Source of the DNA: Octopus vulgaris
Lineage: Eukaryota
Direction: 5' to 3'
DNA: 64,000 bases
Assembly: GCA_951406725.2 (NCBI GenBank)
Contig: OX597832.1
Location: forward strand, 15,810,001-15,874,000
Shown: one piece after another, positions 11,847 to 26,200 of the stretch
Layout of the letters: each line of letters begins with the position of its first letter
Position numbering within the stretch: position 1 is the stretch's first letter
Notes under the pieces: generated by a model
The model's input: the letters and a program-made list of their open reading frames with translations, nothing else
Databases searched by the model: none
Told to the model about the DNA's origin: nothing
Program-made: the position numbers and the translations under genes

Positions 11847-13128
11847 TATGCCTGTGCGTGTGTGTTTATTTGTGTGTGTGTGTGTGTGTATGTGAAAATA
11901 CTTTAGAAGCAGAAATCTACCTTCGTTATGAAAGGGATCCAAATTAGTAAATGTGTTGTGTAGAATATACATAAGGTACCAAGTGCTATGCGTTATCCTC
12001 ATGCGTACTTTCGTATATTCGTGAAAAGAAATATTCTCCCAGTTACACATGAACTCATGATTAACTAGAACTCAATGTCCACCTTCATCACCTTCCATCT
12101 AAGACATTGTGTATGCATGTGTTATGTGCGTGTCTGTGTATGCGTTGGTGTGCATGGATAGCAGATTATATCTTAATATGAATGCATATGAATAAAATTG
12201 TGAATACTTATTGTTAACACCTGTATTCGTGTTTAATGTGTGAATATGTATGCATGCCTAGGCGTGTGGGTTTATATATTCTCCATCATAGCTCAATACG
12301 CAGCAACTTTAAAATAGTATTTTGTATTTCTTATTGGAAAACGAATGTCACGATTCCAAGAAAGATTGGAATTATAATAAAAATATAAATATATGAAACA
12401 AGTAGTCAGATTGTTTTAATAAGTTTGAAAGAACTGACTAAAAAATCAATGGTGAAAGCAACAGAAAATGAAATGTAACTTAAAGGAAAATTGAATGAAT
12501 AAATGAACACATAAATATACATACAAACAAATTCTGAATGAATGAGTAACATTGCAAAAATAACAACTCAATAAAAGAGGAACAACGTGGGAAGAAGTAA
12601 ATGGAAATACAGCATAGATAAGTAAGTAAAAGTATAACTATATGTTGTTCTTTTCTTTAGGAAGATGGCGCATGAATATGCATCACATTTGTCTGAATTA
12701 AATATATGTTTGACTTGGCGAGACACCAATTTCTTTACTGATCTTACAAAAAGGAAATCCTATTTCAACTGATGTTTTAGTTTGAGGCCTATAGCACGAT
12801 TAGAAGATTCGGTGATACACTGAATGTAACTGGCATTCTTTTATCGCCAGAACTATTCTCAGTGAAAACATGTTGTATTATTTCCTATTCAGAATGCCAA
12901 CGTCCTGTTGCCACTCTCAATTTTTGGTGGATATCCAACTTCTTCGGGGAGCGAAATGAAGAAATATTGCAGCCGAGGTCCCTGCAGTTTAGTTACACTT
13001 TACACTGACCACGTTACAATTTGTGTTAATAAGGATTACGGACAGAGCTAAAAGATTATGGGAGCGAACGTAGCTAATACATACGGCAGGAATGTGCAGA
13101 GGGGTGTAAGAAATTTAAACCGAATATA

Positions 13129-14042
13129 CAAGGTCTGTCTGTAAAGTAGCAAGACTGATGACACAAATAATTTAATTCGGTTTCAAAGAACAACCCCATG
13201 ATTTTCCCTTCAAAATAATCCCTTTCAAGTCTAAAGCACAGTTCATCCATCCCTGTCAAGTCTCTATGCTTTGCTAGAAGGTTTCTTCTATGATGCTCCT
13301 CGGATCAGTCGTTAAGGCCCTCTTGATGACTTCCCCGGCCTGAAATTGAGTCCCCTTCATGATCTTCTTGAGCTATGGGAAAGGAATACTGTCACAGGAA
13401 GCAAGTCAGGGCCATAAGGAGGTTATTCCATTACGGCCATGTTCTTCTCACTCACAAACATCTGGATAATAAGGCTTTGTTAGGCGGTGCATTTTCATGG
13501 TGAAACATCCACAGTTTGTCCTTCCAGAACTCGTATATTCTCATGCAGTGAGGGGAGCAATCGCAGCAATGTATCTTTGTAGATTTGCTGATTGACCCCC
13601 TCGACGTTGACCGCAGACCCGCTTGTTGAAAGATTTTCGCTCCTGTAGTCGACTTCCACCTCCTTTGGTCCCTTTTTGAACTTGTATTACTCAAAAACAC
13701 ATATTCGCGATATGATGGTATCTTTGTACATTTCAAAATCTTGTAACTGAGTTTTTCCCAACCTGACAAAACATTCCAGGTTTCTTCGTTGCTCGGTGTT
13801 TATTATTCGTTCTTCATTTCACCTACTTGTTTTTACACCTACATACTTTACACCTACTTTCGACCTGAAAAGAGGATTTGTAAAACAAGTAGGTGAAAAA
13901 ATATTCAATGTTTGCAGAAATCTAAGATTACAGTTATATACTCCAAAGTTATAATGTTAGAAAATTACACAATCCACTCATAACACTTTCGCCTGCACCT
14001 CACAAGTCACTGCTAGTCCCGTTACTTTTCAGACACACATCG
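13129..14042 (-). mobile_element. Internally deleted mariner (DD34D-type motifs) with TIRs and TA target sites
   Basis: TA|caaggtctgtctgtaaagtagcaagact versus agtcccgttacttttcagacacacatcg|TA. Minus strand gives WMFHHENAP, PPYGPDL..CD and CFRLERDYFEG with frameshifts. Confidence 0.85.
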
Positions 14043-14720
14043 TATATCAGGATATTTAGAAAAGTGATTATTAAACTTGGAGATCATAGGAACTAATGTA
14101 ATACGAAATGTATTCGTTTGATTAAGGTAAGAATCGAACACAGCAAGAAAATATAAATATTGCGTTTGCCACAGTACATGTCAGGCCAACAGTAAACAAA
14201 TTAAATACGATTCAGAAAAGTTAGGTTAGAGATGAGGGAACAAAACATGCATAAAGACGACAAAAATATATGACAATCTTTAAAAATGGTAACTCTGCAA
14301 GTAATAGAGCAGTAGGTGTCCAAATTATAACAATGATATGATCTCTATATTCGCAGCACGATGTTGAGTACATGTAACATAAAATAGAGATAAGCAAGGC
14401 GTATATTCACTGTATTTGTATTTTCTTCAACCCTAAAGAAAAACAAGATTACTTTGTCAACAACTAGAGGTAAGCGTGAATAGAGCATCTTCATCAAATA
14501 ATTAATGTAACACGCGAAAATGAATATCTCGTTGAATGAATAGAAATAGCAAAACACACAAGTAGTTTTACAAATTGCGTTTTCTAACGTGAAACACAAA
14601 TAAGTATTCCTGCGAAAAAATTAGATAAATTAACAATATATAACAAAATAAACTAAAGTTTTCGTTTAAATCAGGATAAGAAACTGAAGATGAGCAAAGA
14701 TTTCTCTGAAGCGAATAATA

Positions 14721-14800
<80 letters not shown>

Positions 14801-14834
14801 ATCAAAATAAGTAACAAGGATATCCAGAAGTATT

Positions 14835-14895
14835 GCAGTACGATCGTTTCATGCAACTTCATTTAATTGTACGAACTATGGCAGTCGTCAGCTGC
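14835..14895 (-). ncRNA. Type I hammerhead ribozyme motif
   Basis: Reverse complement: GCAG CUGACGA cugc-[26 nt]-gcau GAAA Cgauc GUA CUGC. Stem I GCAG/CUGC, palindromic stem III ACGAUCGU, GUA site. The cassette abuts the TA tract at 14720-14797. Confidence 0.75.
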
Positions 14896-16509
14896 CTACT
14901 TAGGAAATATAACAGAGGATAACCGCTTATCAATTGTATTAGATGCAGTAACAAGATCTAATGTCGTGTGAGTTCACTATTGCGTGACTTGCAGCTAAAT
15001 ATGATTACACGGCAAGACACTCAAATCTCGAAATATGTATTCTACCGCATTTGGAATGCATATTCCATTCTAAAATTTTGTATATGTAAATTGTAACCCG
15101 TGTTGTTTCATTCAATACTTTTCTATCGAACTACATTAGTGTTTATTCCCTGTCTCTAAATCATCGAATTACTCTGTATCCACAATTAAATCTCTACTTA
15201 AAAACGTTCGATTTTGATATAGCACATTTTTTGAAAGCAATGTTGCTGCTAGAAAAATTTTCAAGAAGTGAAAATTATGAAGATATTTCGGACCCTTCAC
15301 AATAGATAATGAATTTCTATACACATTTCTACGGACATTCACAAATTCAATGGAAGCAACAAGTGTGTGAACATCAAGTAGCGTTTCTCCAAATGTTTTC
15401 ATGCTGAAGAACGTAAATAAATCCGCGAGGAAACCGATTATCTTAAATACGAAGTTTAGACAACGTGATAGTAATGCGAAGTAATTATCGAAACCTGGTA
15501 AATGTCACTTAGATTTCAAAAACATTGTAACGAATGTTTAGGATTAAAATTATATAAATATACTAATCCCTGGCATCATTGTTGAAAATACTATACACAC
15601 ACAAGGATTAAGGTCTCGATTATGCTTTAGCGGACGGAAAACCAGAAAGATTGGCCGAGAAATGGCAGTCATACAAATATAGCTACTGACCAAACCTAAA
15701 AACAACGTTAAATGAAATATATCAAACTACTTACCCGGTAAGTAGTAGGAAATACATTATAAAATTCAGACGTGAGAATGAATACTCGACAGATGTGCGG
15801 AGAAGATGGGCGGATGGAAGGACAGACGGACGGATGGATGGATGGGTCGATGGATGGATGGAGATCGTCGGAAACATTGATGTTTTTAATGTCTGCTAAA
15901 ACATATCAATAAAAGCAGGAGTGTTGTCCATGTGCTGATAAAGGGTGGAATATTCTAATTGTTAATTAAATTAGAAAAATTAAGTTACAATAGACTGTTA
16001 AAAATTATCTAAACTTCAAAATGTTAATCTAACAGAATGTAATTATTATGCTAATTTTAAGAGAATATTCTTGCTATTAATTTGAGACACACAAAATGAG
16101 CAGTCTTCATATAAGACAAATCTAAATTATCACATTCAGATTGAATCAAGTAAACCCCTATTCGAGATTGCTTTTTGAATTCTAAAACGTTGCAGAAGAG
16201 GTTACAAGCAGGAGCTATCGTAAGTCGTTATTTTTCCGGGGTTTTTTTATGTCTTTGAATGGATTACATCTTACTGGATATAATCTACATAGAAGGGAGT
16301 CTGAAATCATTAGCAATGTCGTACTTTTTAATTATATAAATAATTATATAATAATTATATAAATATAAATACATGTAAATACATGTATATAAATACATGT
16401 AGAAATTGATATATGTATGTATAGATGAACATGCACTATTCAGGTTTTCCATGAATCATTAATTCATATATACACAAATATGGATAGGTAAAGAGAGAGA
16501 GAGAGAGAC

Positions 16510-16559
<50 letters not shown>

Positions 16560-16593
16560 AGATAGACACATACATACATACATGCATACACAA

Positions 16594-16627
<34 letters not shown>

Positions 16628-16640
16628 TCATAACACACAC

Positions 16641-16681
<41 letters not shown>

Positions 16682-17187
16682 TAACAAACCGAGTAAACAT
16701 TTCTATAAATGGGTATTTATAATTGGGTTGTATAATTATTAATATATTATGTTATGATATGTTATATAGTATATTTATAGTAGCGCACGGGCGCACCCCG
16801 ATAGACATATGTGGGGCAGAGAAAGAGGAAGGAAATGGCAATCGCCAGATTCTTCTATTATTCACTACAATCGTTTCCACACATCGTTTCACCGAGTGCG
16901 ATTGTCTGCAGTAGTCGCCCACAGTCAGTTTCAATGTCCGACTGTGTTTTTGTGTTTTGATTCCCTTTCTATCCATGGTTGTTTATGATTTCATTTAAAG
17001 TATTGCATTATCAGTGAAAAGCATAAATTATAATTTTAATGCTCTGCCCCTTCAAATATAGGTTATACGTATTTCTTATTGTTCTCTAAAAATTATTCTT
17101 ATTTTTTTCTTATTTTGATACCCTTACCAACTATCCCTTATAAATTGTAACTTTTGTTCTTCTTTAATTTGTCCCTTTTTCTGTACT

Positions 17188-17510
17188 TCAGTCTATATGA
17201 GATGGTTATACTATATCGATATAAACGCATAAATATTTGTGTATGTGTATATATGCATATATGTGCATAACCTATTAACCTCTTATCCCGTATACATTGT
17301 TATTTTTCATATTCTTAAATATAAAATTTTGCAGTTACTTACGTCTATTCGAGATGGATATACTATATCAATACAAACGTATACATATGTGTGTGTGTGT
17401 ATGTGTGCATGTGTGCAAATATTTAAATGCATATGCTTCTGTATGTATCTTTATTTCTCTCTGATTCATAGCTTAAAATTAATAGATAGATAGCATGTTT
17501 ATCTTTGCAA
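17188..17510 (+). repeat. Dispersed repeat with internal ~150-bp duplication; second copy at 53728-54032
   Basis: agtctat..gag(a/t)tggttatact..aacctattaac..ttcttaaatata..cttaaaattaa is collinear in both copies. Confidence 0.75.
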
Positions 17511-18379
17511 CTATTCCATAAGTAAATGCCCTGAGCGGTCTTTATTGAAACCACTTAATTAGATAAATTAGTTAGATTTAATTAATTAATTAATGTAATT
17601 ACTTAAATACATGAATGAATATTAAAGTGATTCTATGTAATATTTCCTTTCAATGTTTATAATTAATAAATACACATATTTTACCTGTTTTCGATCTGGA
17701 ATCATTTTTGAAAATGTTAAATACTGTTTATAAACAATCACCCATAGCGCTCCAGAATAAAATTTCCACGGTTTTAACATCTCAGTTACTTAAAGCTTTG
17801 CCCCTGTAAATGGTAATTAACATCATGCTTTAAAGTCTTCCCTTACACACTCTCTCTTTATAGACAGTTACTTTATATCCAATTGACTATGGGTAATGTG
17901 TGCTTTTCTCCTGGAAGAAAAGGGAAACATATGGCAATATTTATGACCATATCTAGCCATGAGCTGTCAACTCATATCAGCCCTTTATTAAAAATTGACC
18001 CAGTTTTCAAGTCTTGGATTTAGTAGTTGATAAAGAGATGAATGAATTATAAATGAATTACAATCATTTGCAGCAGTATGACACCAATAAATTTCATGCG
18101 ATTCTTGGAAGTGTATTCTATTCTTAGCTACAATAGCGACAACATTGATTTGTTCCATCTTCTTGCTCTGCTAAAATATTTGAGAAAAATAAAATTGATG
18201 TGATGACTGCAATGTGAAATTAGATGAAGCCGCTTGAAACGGTCGTAGTGAATCATTTCTTGATATCATGTCGTTTGTTTTGATTTTATTTACCTTACTT
18301 CGAGGAGTTCGGATAATACCGAAAAGACGTGGTGCTTCAAATTAAATACATAATTCGACTTTATTTCAATTATATATAT

Positions 18380-18431
<52 letters not shown>

Positions 18432-18939
18432 TAGATATAGATATGATTGTATGTATGTGTAGGAGAGTGTGCATGTGTGTGAGTGTATATGTATGTGTGT
18501 ATGTGTGCGTATACAGAGAGGAGGAGAAATGTATATAGAGATAGATGGAAACAGATTTGTAAGCATGAGCATCTATATAGTGACATTGAAAGTCACGTTG
18601 ATAACATACATGCATATATTATATGAATATAAGTTGAACAGAATTTGAGACCGGTCCGATTGTGACGGAAAATGTTATTTCGGTTTTCTTTATTCATACG
18701 ATAGAAAGAAAATAGTATTAAACTGACCTTCTGAATTTATTATGTAGCAATGTCCATTACGTATGCTGTAAGAGAAAATATATCGCATATCAAAGGCAGC
18801 GAAATATGCTGACGTAATAGACAATGCGTATACATCAATTTGAATAACTGCAACAGTAACAAGAATAACGAGCATGATAACAGCAACAACAAAAATAATA
18901 AGCTTAATAGTAACGAAACAAAAAAGTCATAGCAGCATC

Positions 18940-19447
<508 letters not shown>

Positions 19448-19729
19448 GTAAGAGCAACAGCAATGATCACAACAGCACATTTACAATAAACTAGTAGGCT
19501 GTTGTTTAGGTTATGCTTTTATCTCTGCCTAATGTGGTTTAACCCCATGAGAAGTGTATCATTTTATTACCTCAGATGTTGCGATTGTAGATATCAAATC
19601 GTATATCGTAATACGCATGACATTGATATCATAGAATTAATTGTGTTCCCAGAATAATATAAATGGAATGTATTTATGGATATTTTGCTGTGTTCGCTGA
19701 ACATCAAGGGGTGTTTTAAGAGAAGCAGT

Positions 19730-19872
19730 CGTAATCATCAGCATCGTCATCGGTGTTGTATTCATCGACATCATCGTCGCCTCTCTATTCACCATAATCT
19801 TTGTAGATTGTACCACCATCCGCATCAGCATCCGCATCATCATCTTCATCATGGTCGTCGTCGTCGTGGTTG

Positions 19873-19923
<51 letters not shown>

Positions 19924-20154
19924 CCATCATATTTACAATCATCATAATATTCCTCATCACTATCACTATATTTATTGTCATCATCGTTTTCGTTTGCTTC
20001 ATCATCATAGTCATCTATCATCGTCTTTGTTTCCATTGTCGTCCTCGCCGTCAACATCATCTTCATCCGTTATCACCGTTATCATCATCATCATCATCAT
20101 CATCATCGTCATCATAGTTATCATCATTGTCATGATCATCATCATCATCACCAC

Positions 20155-20209
<55 letters not shown>

Positions 20210-20425
20210 GTCATCATCATCATCATCGTCATCATCATCATCATCGGCAGCATCATCATCTTATTCGTCATCGTCATCATCGTTGTCGTCGTCGCAGTCT
20301 TCGTCATCATCGCTGACGCTGTCATCGTCGCTGTCGTCGTCGTCACCCTCCTCCTCATATTCTTCCTCCTCATCTTCGTCTTCCTCATCCTCATCATCAT
20401 AATCATCAACATCATCACCATCAAG
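19730..20425. repeat. Degenerate (CAT)n/(CGT)n microsatellite
   Basis: Seen directly. Confidence 0.95.
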
Positions 20426-21309
20426 AATCGATGTTACTGTTATCCTTTCCTACAATAAATATTGTTTAATTCAGAAGTTTCTAGAATAATAGGCACACTT
20501 TCCGCTCTCTTGCAAACAAAAGCAAGAAGAGGTGAACATCAAAATACAACAATTGCACAGACGAATTATTTTAATAACATACAACAAAAGCAGAATCAAT
20601 AAATCAAAAACTGCATAAAATAAATGAAAAACCGTACAAAAACTAAGAAACAACACTTTCTGCATCATAACACACTACTACTACTACTACGAGAAACAGA
20701 GAGGAACACTTGCATACCAAAATACCAGTAACTTTGCTTTCAACATGAGGTCTCTAGATGTTTACTGTATATCTGTCATGTATGAAAGCCAAATATGAAG
20801 TCTCACAGTTAGATCTTCTTGATCTGGCTATAATTTTCTACATTCACCTGCTCAAATGATAAACTCCATTGCCTATTGAATTGGAAACATGGTGCGTGCA
20901 TTGAAATGGCATAGGGTACGGATGGTTCCGGTAAGGAATACACGGTCACACAGCTGGAACGATAGTCCATGTTTTATTTAAGTCAGGACAGCGATGATGA
21001 GATATGCGTATGGAAAATGCATTGCATTTAGCACGAACGTAGCTTTACTACAATAAGATTGGTTAAATCTATATTATCTTACTTTTCAAAAGATATGTTA
21101 TATAACGAGAGGGAAGCAAGAATGTTAAATGTGTGCAAGATAGAGCGACAGAGTAATCAATATACAATTTTGTATAGCAAACATTCCATGACACAAGCTT
21201 ACCATTAACATATATCTAGATGCATGTGTGTGTGAGTGTGTGTTTTTATGAGATATATAGCTAGCTAGATAGATTCATATATATGCGTCCATTTCTCTCT
21301 GCCTCTCTC

Positions 21310-21360
<51 letters not shown>

Positions 21361-21379
21361 GTGTATATATACACACAAT

Positions 21380-21552
21380 GATAGGTCGTTATCCACTGCA
21401 CACATTTTTCTCTCCTTGGTTCTCTCCTTGTCTTTCCATTGTGTCCCTTTCTGTAGAAGAGCGTAGACTCCACACGTAAATGAAGTTTTCTGTTCCTGAG
21501 CGTTATAATAATACATCTGTTTGTTTGTACACCACCTTCTCTTCGTGCTTTG
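21380..21552 (+). mobile_element. Microsatellite-flanked cassette with decayed minimal hammerhead (21451-21480)
   Basis: Closely similar to 28180-28356: ttttctctccttg..CTGTAGAagagcgtagactccacacgtaaa..cctgagcgttataataatacatctgtttg. Confidence 0.7.
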
Positions 21553-22042
21553 TGTGTGTGTGTGTGTGTGTTTCTGTGCGTGTGTGTGTGTGTGTGTTTT
21601 TGTGTAAGCAAAAATCTTTCTTATAAGTATTCCGCTTGTCACACCCCAAAATACAACTCGTGAAAACCCGTGATAAATAAGTTTAAACGGCATCCACATA
21701 GATTACCACTGAAGAAAAGACTTCTTGGTGTTGTACGTGGTATCAGATGTCTATATCGTAACAACTGTGAATTACAACACGTCCAATAACGTCCACCATC
21801 GTTGTTAAAATAACAAACGAATACTACTACATACTTTGTTAGGTAGCAGTGACAGGACTTCACTGATACAAACCTGAATTAGTATTCAGTATATAGAAGA
21901 AAGAATACCATTGTGATTCTAAAGAAAGTATTTAAATTGTCTGGTCTGATAGTGTAGAAAATCAGCATATTGCGAATACAATACAACGGCCGAAAAAGAA
22001 GTTTCTATTTGGTCATTGAACATATTAGAAATAGCAATGAAT

Positions 22043-22277
22043 ACTTTTACTCTTTTACTCTTTTACTCTTTTACTTGTTTCAGTCATTTGACTGCGGCCA
22101 TTGTGGAGCACCGCCTTTAATCGAGCAACTCGACCCCAGGACTGATTCTTTTGTAAGCCCAGTACTTATCCTATCGGTCACTTTTTGCCGAACCGCTAAG
22201 TAACGGGGACATAAACACACCAGCATCGGTTGTCAAGCAATGCTAGGGGGACAAACACAGACACACAAACACACACA

Positions 22278-22371
<94 letters not shown>

Positions 22372-22526
22372 TACGACGGGCTTCTTTCAGATTCCGTCTA
22401 CCAAATCCACTCACAAGGCTTTGGTCGGCCCGAGATTATAGTAGAAGACACTTGCCCAAGGTGCCAGGCACTGGGACTGAACCCATAAGCATGTGGTTTG
22501 TAAACAAGCTACTAACCACACAGCCA
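22043..22526 (-). mobile_element. SINE family A (tRNA-like head, CORE-like accttgggcaagtgtc segment, internal (TA)n, (GAGTAAAA)n tail)
   Basis: Full-length; collinear with 48478-48871 and 63373-63769. A-box/B-box-like tggctgtgtggttag and ggttcagtccc on the minus strand. Confidence 0.9.
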
Positions 22527-24326
22527 AAAATCGTACATATTTCCTTAGAACTTGTGTACGTAAAATACGATGACGTACACGTGCACCGCGCGCTAAAATT
22601 CTATTTTGATAATAAATCATTGCGAGTAAGAAATATACATGATACAGGTATATATTGATGAGACCATACATTCTTTACAATTCATACCACCAGTCTTTCT
22701 CATGAAATACTATACTATAAATTTACAACAGCTATTTCAGTATGTTTTAATATTCATCAAAGTTATAAGAAGGTACGAGACTAACCTTATTCAACAATTT
22801 CTTAAATATCATTCGAACGTTAATTTCCCACTTAATATAGGTAATATCTTTCAGACATATATCATCCAGACGTTGATATTGCTCTATCATTATTTTTCCT
22901 TACGATAAACAATCTCGAAACTCTGTAGTTGTAATGACTTTACTTTGGATTATATATTTCATGGAAGACCATCGTTTTTGAGGTGCAACTTCGTCTCGAA
23001 TTCGGAATTTGATTTGTATTAGTTGCTGTAAATATGTTCGCCTCCTCCTTTTCCTATTACGTCTCATCTCTTATCAGCGCATGTCGAAGAGCAAGGCAGT
23101 ATTTAGCAAAACGTTATTGGGAAATTAAGTAATAGTATTTTTTTGGTACATTCAGTACCGTTATTTTGAAAATAATACCGGATAATATATGTGTTACCAT
23201 GGTAGGTTTATAATGATTAATTCCTTCGTTAAAAAATTCTATAAAAGTTCCAGCTAGATTCTTTTTTCTTTCCTATACAAACATGCAGTGACGTAACACA
23301 GTGTATTTAATGGTAATGAAAAACTTCAATATTTTCATATTGATAGTCAGTCAACATTTACTTGATATAAATACAAAATTCAAACTTTGGTATTTGAAAA
23401 TTAAATAAGAGATTGCAGGAAAGTAAATTATTGCCACGGGAAAAAGTCAGGAAAATAAAAATATATAAAACATTAATCAAACGGCAAAATATTTTTAACG
23501 CTGTAATTAAACTCATAAAAAGTGAGTCCAAAATATCTTGATTGTGTATTACATAATTTACTGAAACAAATGCAGTGTAACACACCAAATATGGTAACAC
23601 ACACACAAATACGCACATTCCCCCACACAGACATTCACTGACAAAACCACAGTGGTTGTTGACTGATTAACGGGTATCACAATCTCTGCCAAATTATTAA
23701 TACCAGTGAGGAAATTTTAAGAAAGAAACGATCTTCCACAACACCTTTAAGACTCTTACCTAAAACGAAAAGTAGTTATGAATCATAAAACCACAAAATC
23801 ACCGGTGTGGTATTGAAAATATTTTATTTCCAAATGGGTCTCACCTACAGAGATCTGTATATAAAGACAAGGTTGGCATTTCCACTGCTCACTGGAACCC
23901 AGACTAACACGCTCTGGCATTAGCGGTTTGAATTATTTTGCATGACTTATGTTAATGTATGTTTTGCATGTTTTACTTTTATTAAAATTTATTCCAGCAT
24001 TTGAGCACAGACTACCGCTTGAAGAAGTCCACATTCCAGCATATCAAAATCATATAGATTTTGTTGATATCAATCTCTATTTTTAGCGTATATCGTTCTC
24101 TGGCAAAGGTTCCATTTTGGCAGGATGTCTGTGTTTGGAAACCATAATAATCCTGCAATACAAATCGAGAAAATTTTAAGGTTTTAACATTAAAGTATTC
24201 CTATAATAATACGTTGGGAATGAATGTACTACTTGCATGGACAAGAGAAAAAAAATCGCTAGAGACCCAGCATTCCATTGCTACAGCAATTATATAAATT
24301 TATATTTAGAGCTATCTAGGCACGAA

Positions 24327-24612
24327 AAGGAGCTCCCATTTTTGGTTATACTAATTAAAAAAGTAAATCTAAACTAAACCACCAGAGACGCCAAATATTA
24401 TGTACTATTTAATTCACGCCACCCAAAACACACTAAAATAAAACATTGCCTTCAAACTTGCAAGAAGGATATGCACACTAGTGTCGAAAAATACTAGAGC
24501 CTTTAGACTGCAAGAACTCAAAATGCCCAAATTGACAAACACTATCTCGTTCAACCCAAAGAAGTAGGTATCAGACGTGCAACACTAATCGACGTAGGAA
24601 CCTTAAGAAAAG
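24327..24612 (+). pseudogene. Penelope-like retroelement RT C-terminal (thumb) fragment
   Basis: KELPFLVILIKKVN..TRDAKYYVLFNSRHPKHTKI / NIAFKLARRICTLVS..RLQELK / HYL..GIRRATLIDVGTLRK matches the PLE motifs LPFLD, YLxFxSxHP and LARRICTIVS. One stop and several frameshifts. Confidence 0.8.
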
Positions 24613-25330
24613 AAAACAAGGACTGGTCATTCCTACTTTTCTCTCCTCAGTCGAGTTTCAGATTGTCTTTGCAATTTCGGCTGGTTATGCTCGTTATTGC
24701 TCCAATCTGGCCAGCCCTCAACGAAAAACTAAACTAAGAGCATTATGTTCCCTGAAAGAAAGCAGCGAATGTATACGAAAACAAGTACGAAAATATAACG
24801 GATAAATGTTACACAAATACAAATGCAATTAACAGGATTCTTTCATTTTTTTCTTAAATCTTCCATTCCTCTGTTTCTGCCTCTCTCTCTCTTTCTCTTC
24901 TAACCCGGTGTTCGGCCAAGACTGACCTTTCTTTCTTGGTTCGACTACCATGCGTGCAACATCTATATTCCTCTCTGTCTCTGTCTAACCCGGCAACTAT
25001 ATTTACTTCGTCCTTGGACGAAAGACACCTCTTTTATGTCTTGTTAATTGCATTTGTATTTATGTAACAATTCTCCTTTTTTCCGTCCTTCTTTGCGTAT
25101 ACATTTGCTGCTTTCTTACAAGAAAGCTAATGCTCTTAACTGTTTTCCTTGGAGCTCGCAGATTGGAACAATCTCGGGTATGACCAGCTGGAATTGCAAA
25201 GATAAACTGGAACTTGAGTAAGGATAGAAAAATTCGAATAATCCGTCCTTGATTCCTTTGTATCGTCTGTCTGGATGATTTGCGTGTTTTTCCCCATATT
25301 TCTATTTTTATGTATAAATTATAGTGGCGT
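24613..25330. repeat. Inverted pLTR-like pair (24613-24836 vs 25041-25252) downstream of the PLE RT fragment
   Basis: aagagcatta..aagaaagcagcgaatgtatacg..tgttacacaaatacaaatgcaattaaca is mirrored at 25041-25140. The right copy continues to the TA tract at 25353. Same family as 44300-44592. Confidence 0.85.
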
Positions 25331-25350
25331 GTGTACTCTTTGTTCTCTCT

Positions 25351-25421
<71 letters not shown>

Positions 25422-25977
25422 ATATATATATATATATAATGATTATTCTGAACTTAAATGAGTTATACACAAATATAGTATCAACACAGATATATATAGT
25501 GTCTGTATGTACGCCGGCTTGCACATTTATGTAGGAGACTCGACTAGCGAGAATTTAATTTACTTATGAAGCATATAAAGATATTAACAATTACAGTATT
25601 AATAGTTATACGTATACACTGCAATCTTACACTTCTACATACACAAAGGAATACTTATATTTGTGTTGTGTGTTCATGGAAAGACACCCACATATAGTTA
25701 TGTGATTTAGTGTGCACGTGCATATATGTGCATGCGCTGGTTTGTGCGCATGTGTGTGCAGGAGTGTATAAGTGTGTTCGTATATATGTGCCTGTGTTGA
25801 AATTTGATAATAAAATACCCTGTATTAAAATATCATTTAAATAATACAAACCATTGTTCTAAAACCTTTTCAGTTGTTGATATATGATATACATAATGAC
25901 ATTCAAACACATACACACACACGTATTTACACACAGGTTCAGGCACACACACACACACACACGCACAGACAAACACT

Positions 25978-26010
<33 letters not shown>

Positions 26011-26117
26011 GTATTATATATAGCAGCTATCTATCTGCGTCTACATATCCATATCTATAAATCTATATACGTATATGTATACATGTATACACATATATAA
26101 AATATATATATATACAT

Positions 26118-26200
<83 letters not shown>

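Noticed and set aside
13818-13897. 19-20-bp inverted repeat
   Set aside because: Internal to the mariner relic; no independent significance evident.
15169-15402. ORF with VKGP reminiscent of Helitron RepHel
   Set aside because: A single short word; the surrounding residues do not fit.
18290-18335. cttcgagga..cgg ataata ccg aaaagacgtggtg near a TA tract
   Set aside because: Possibly an eroded hammerhead, but too many core changes to support.
25005-25045. gtcc-tt-ggac-GAAA-gaca..tgtc-tt resembling a hammerhead 3' half
   Set aside because: No CUGANGA upstream.
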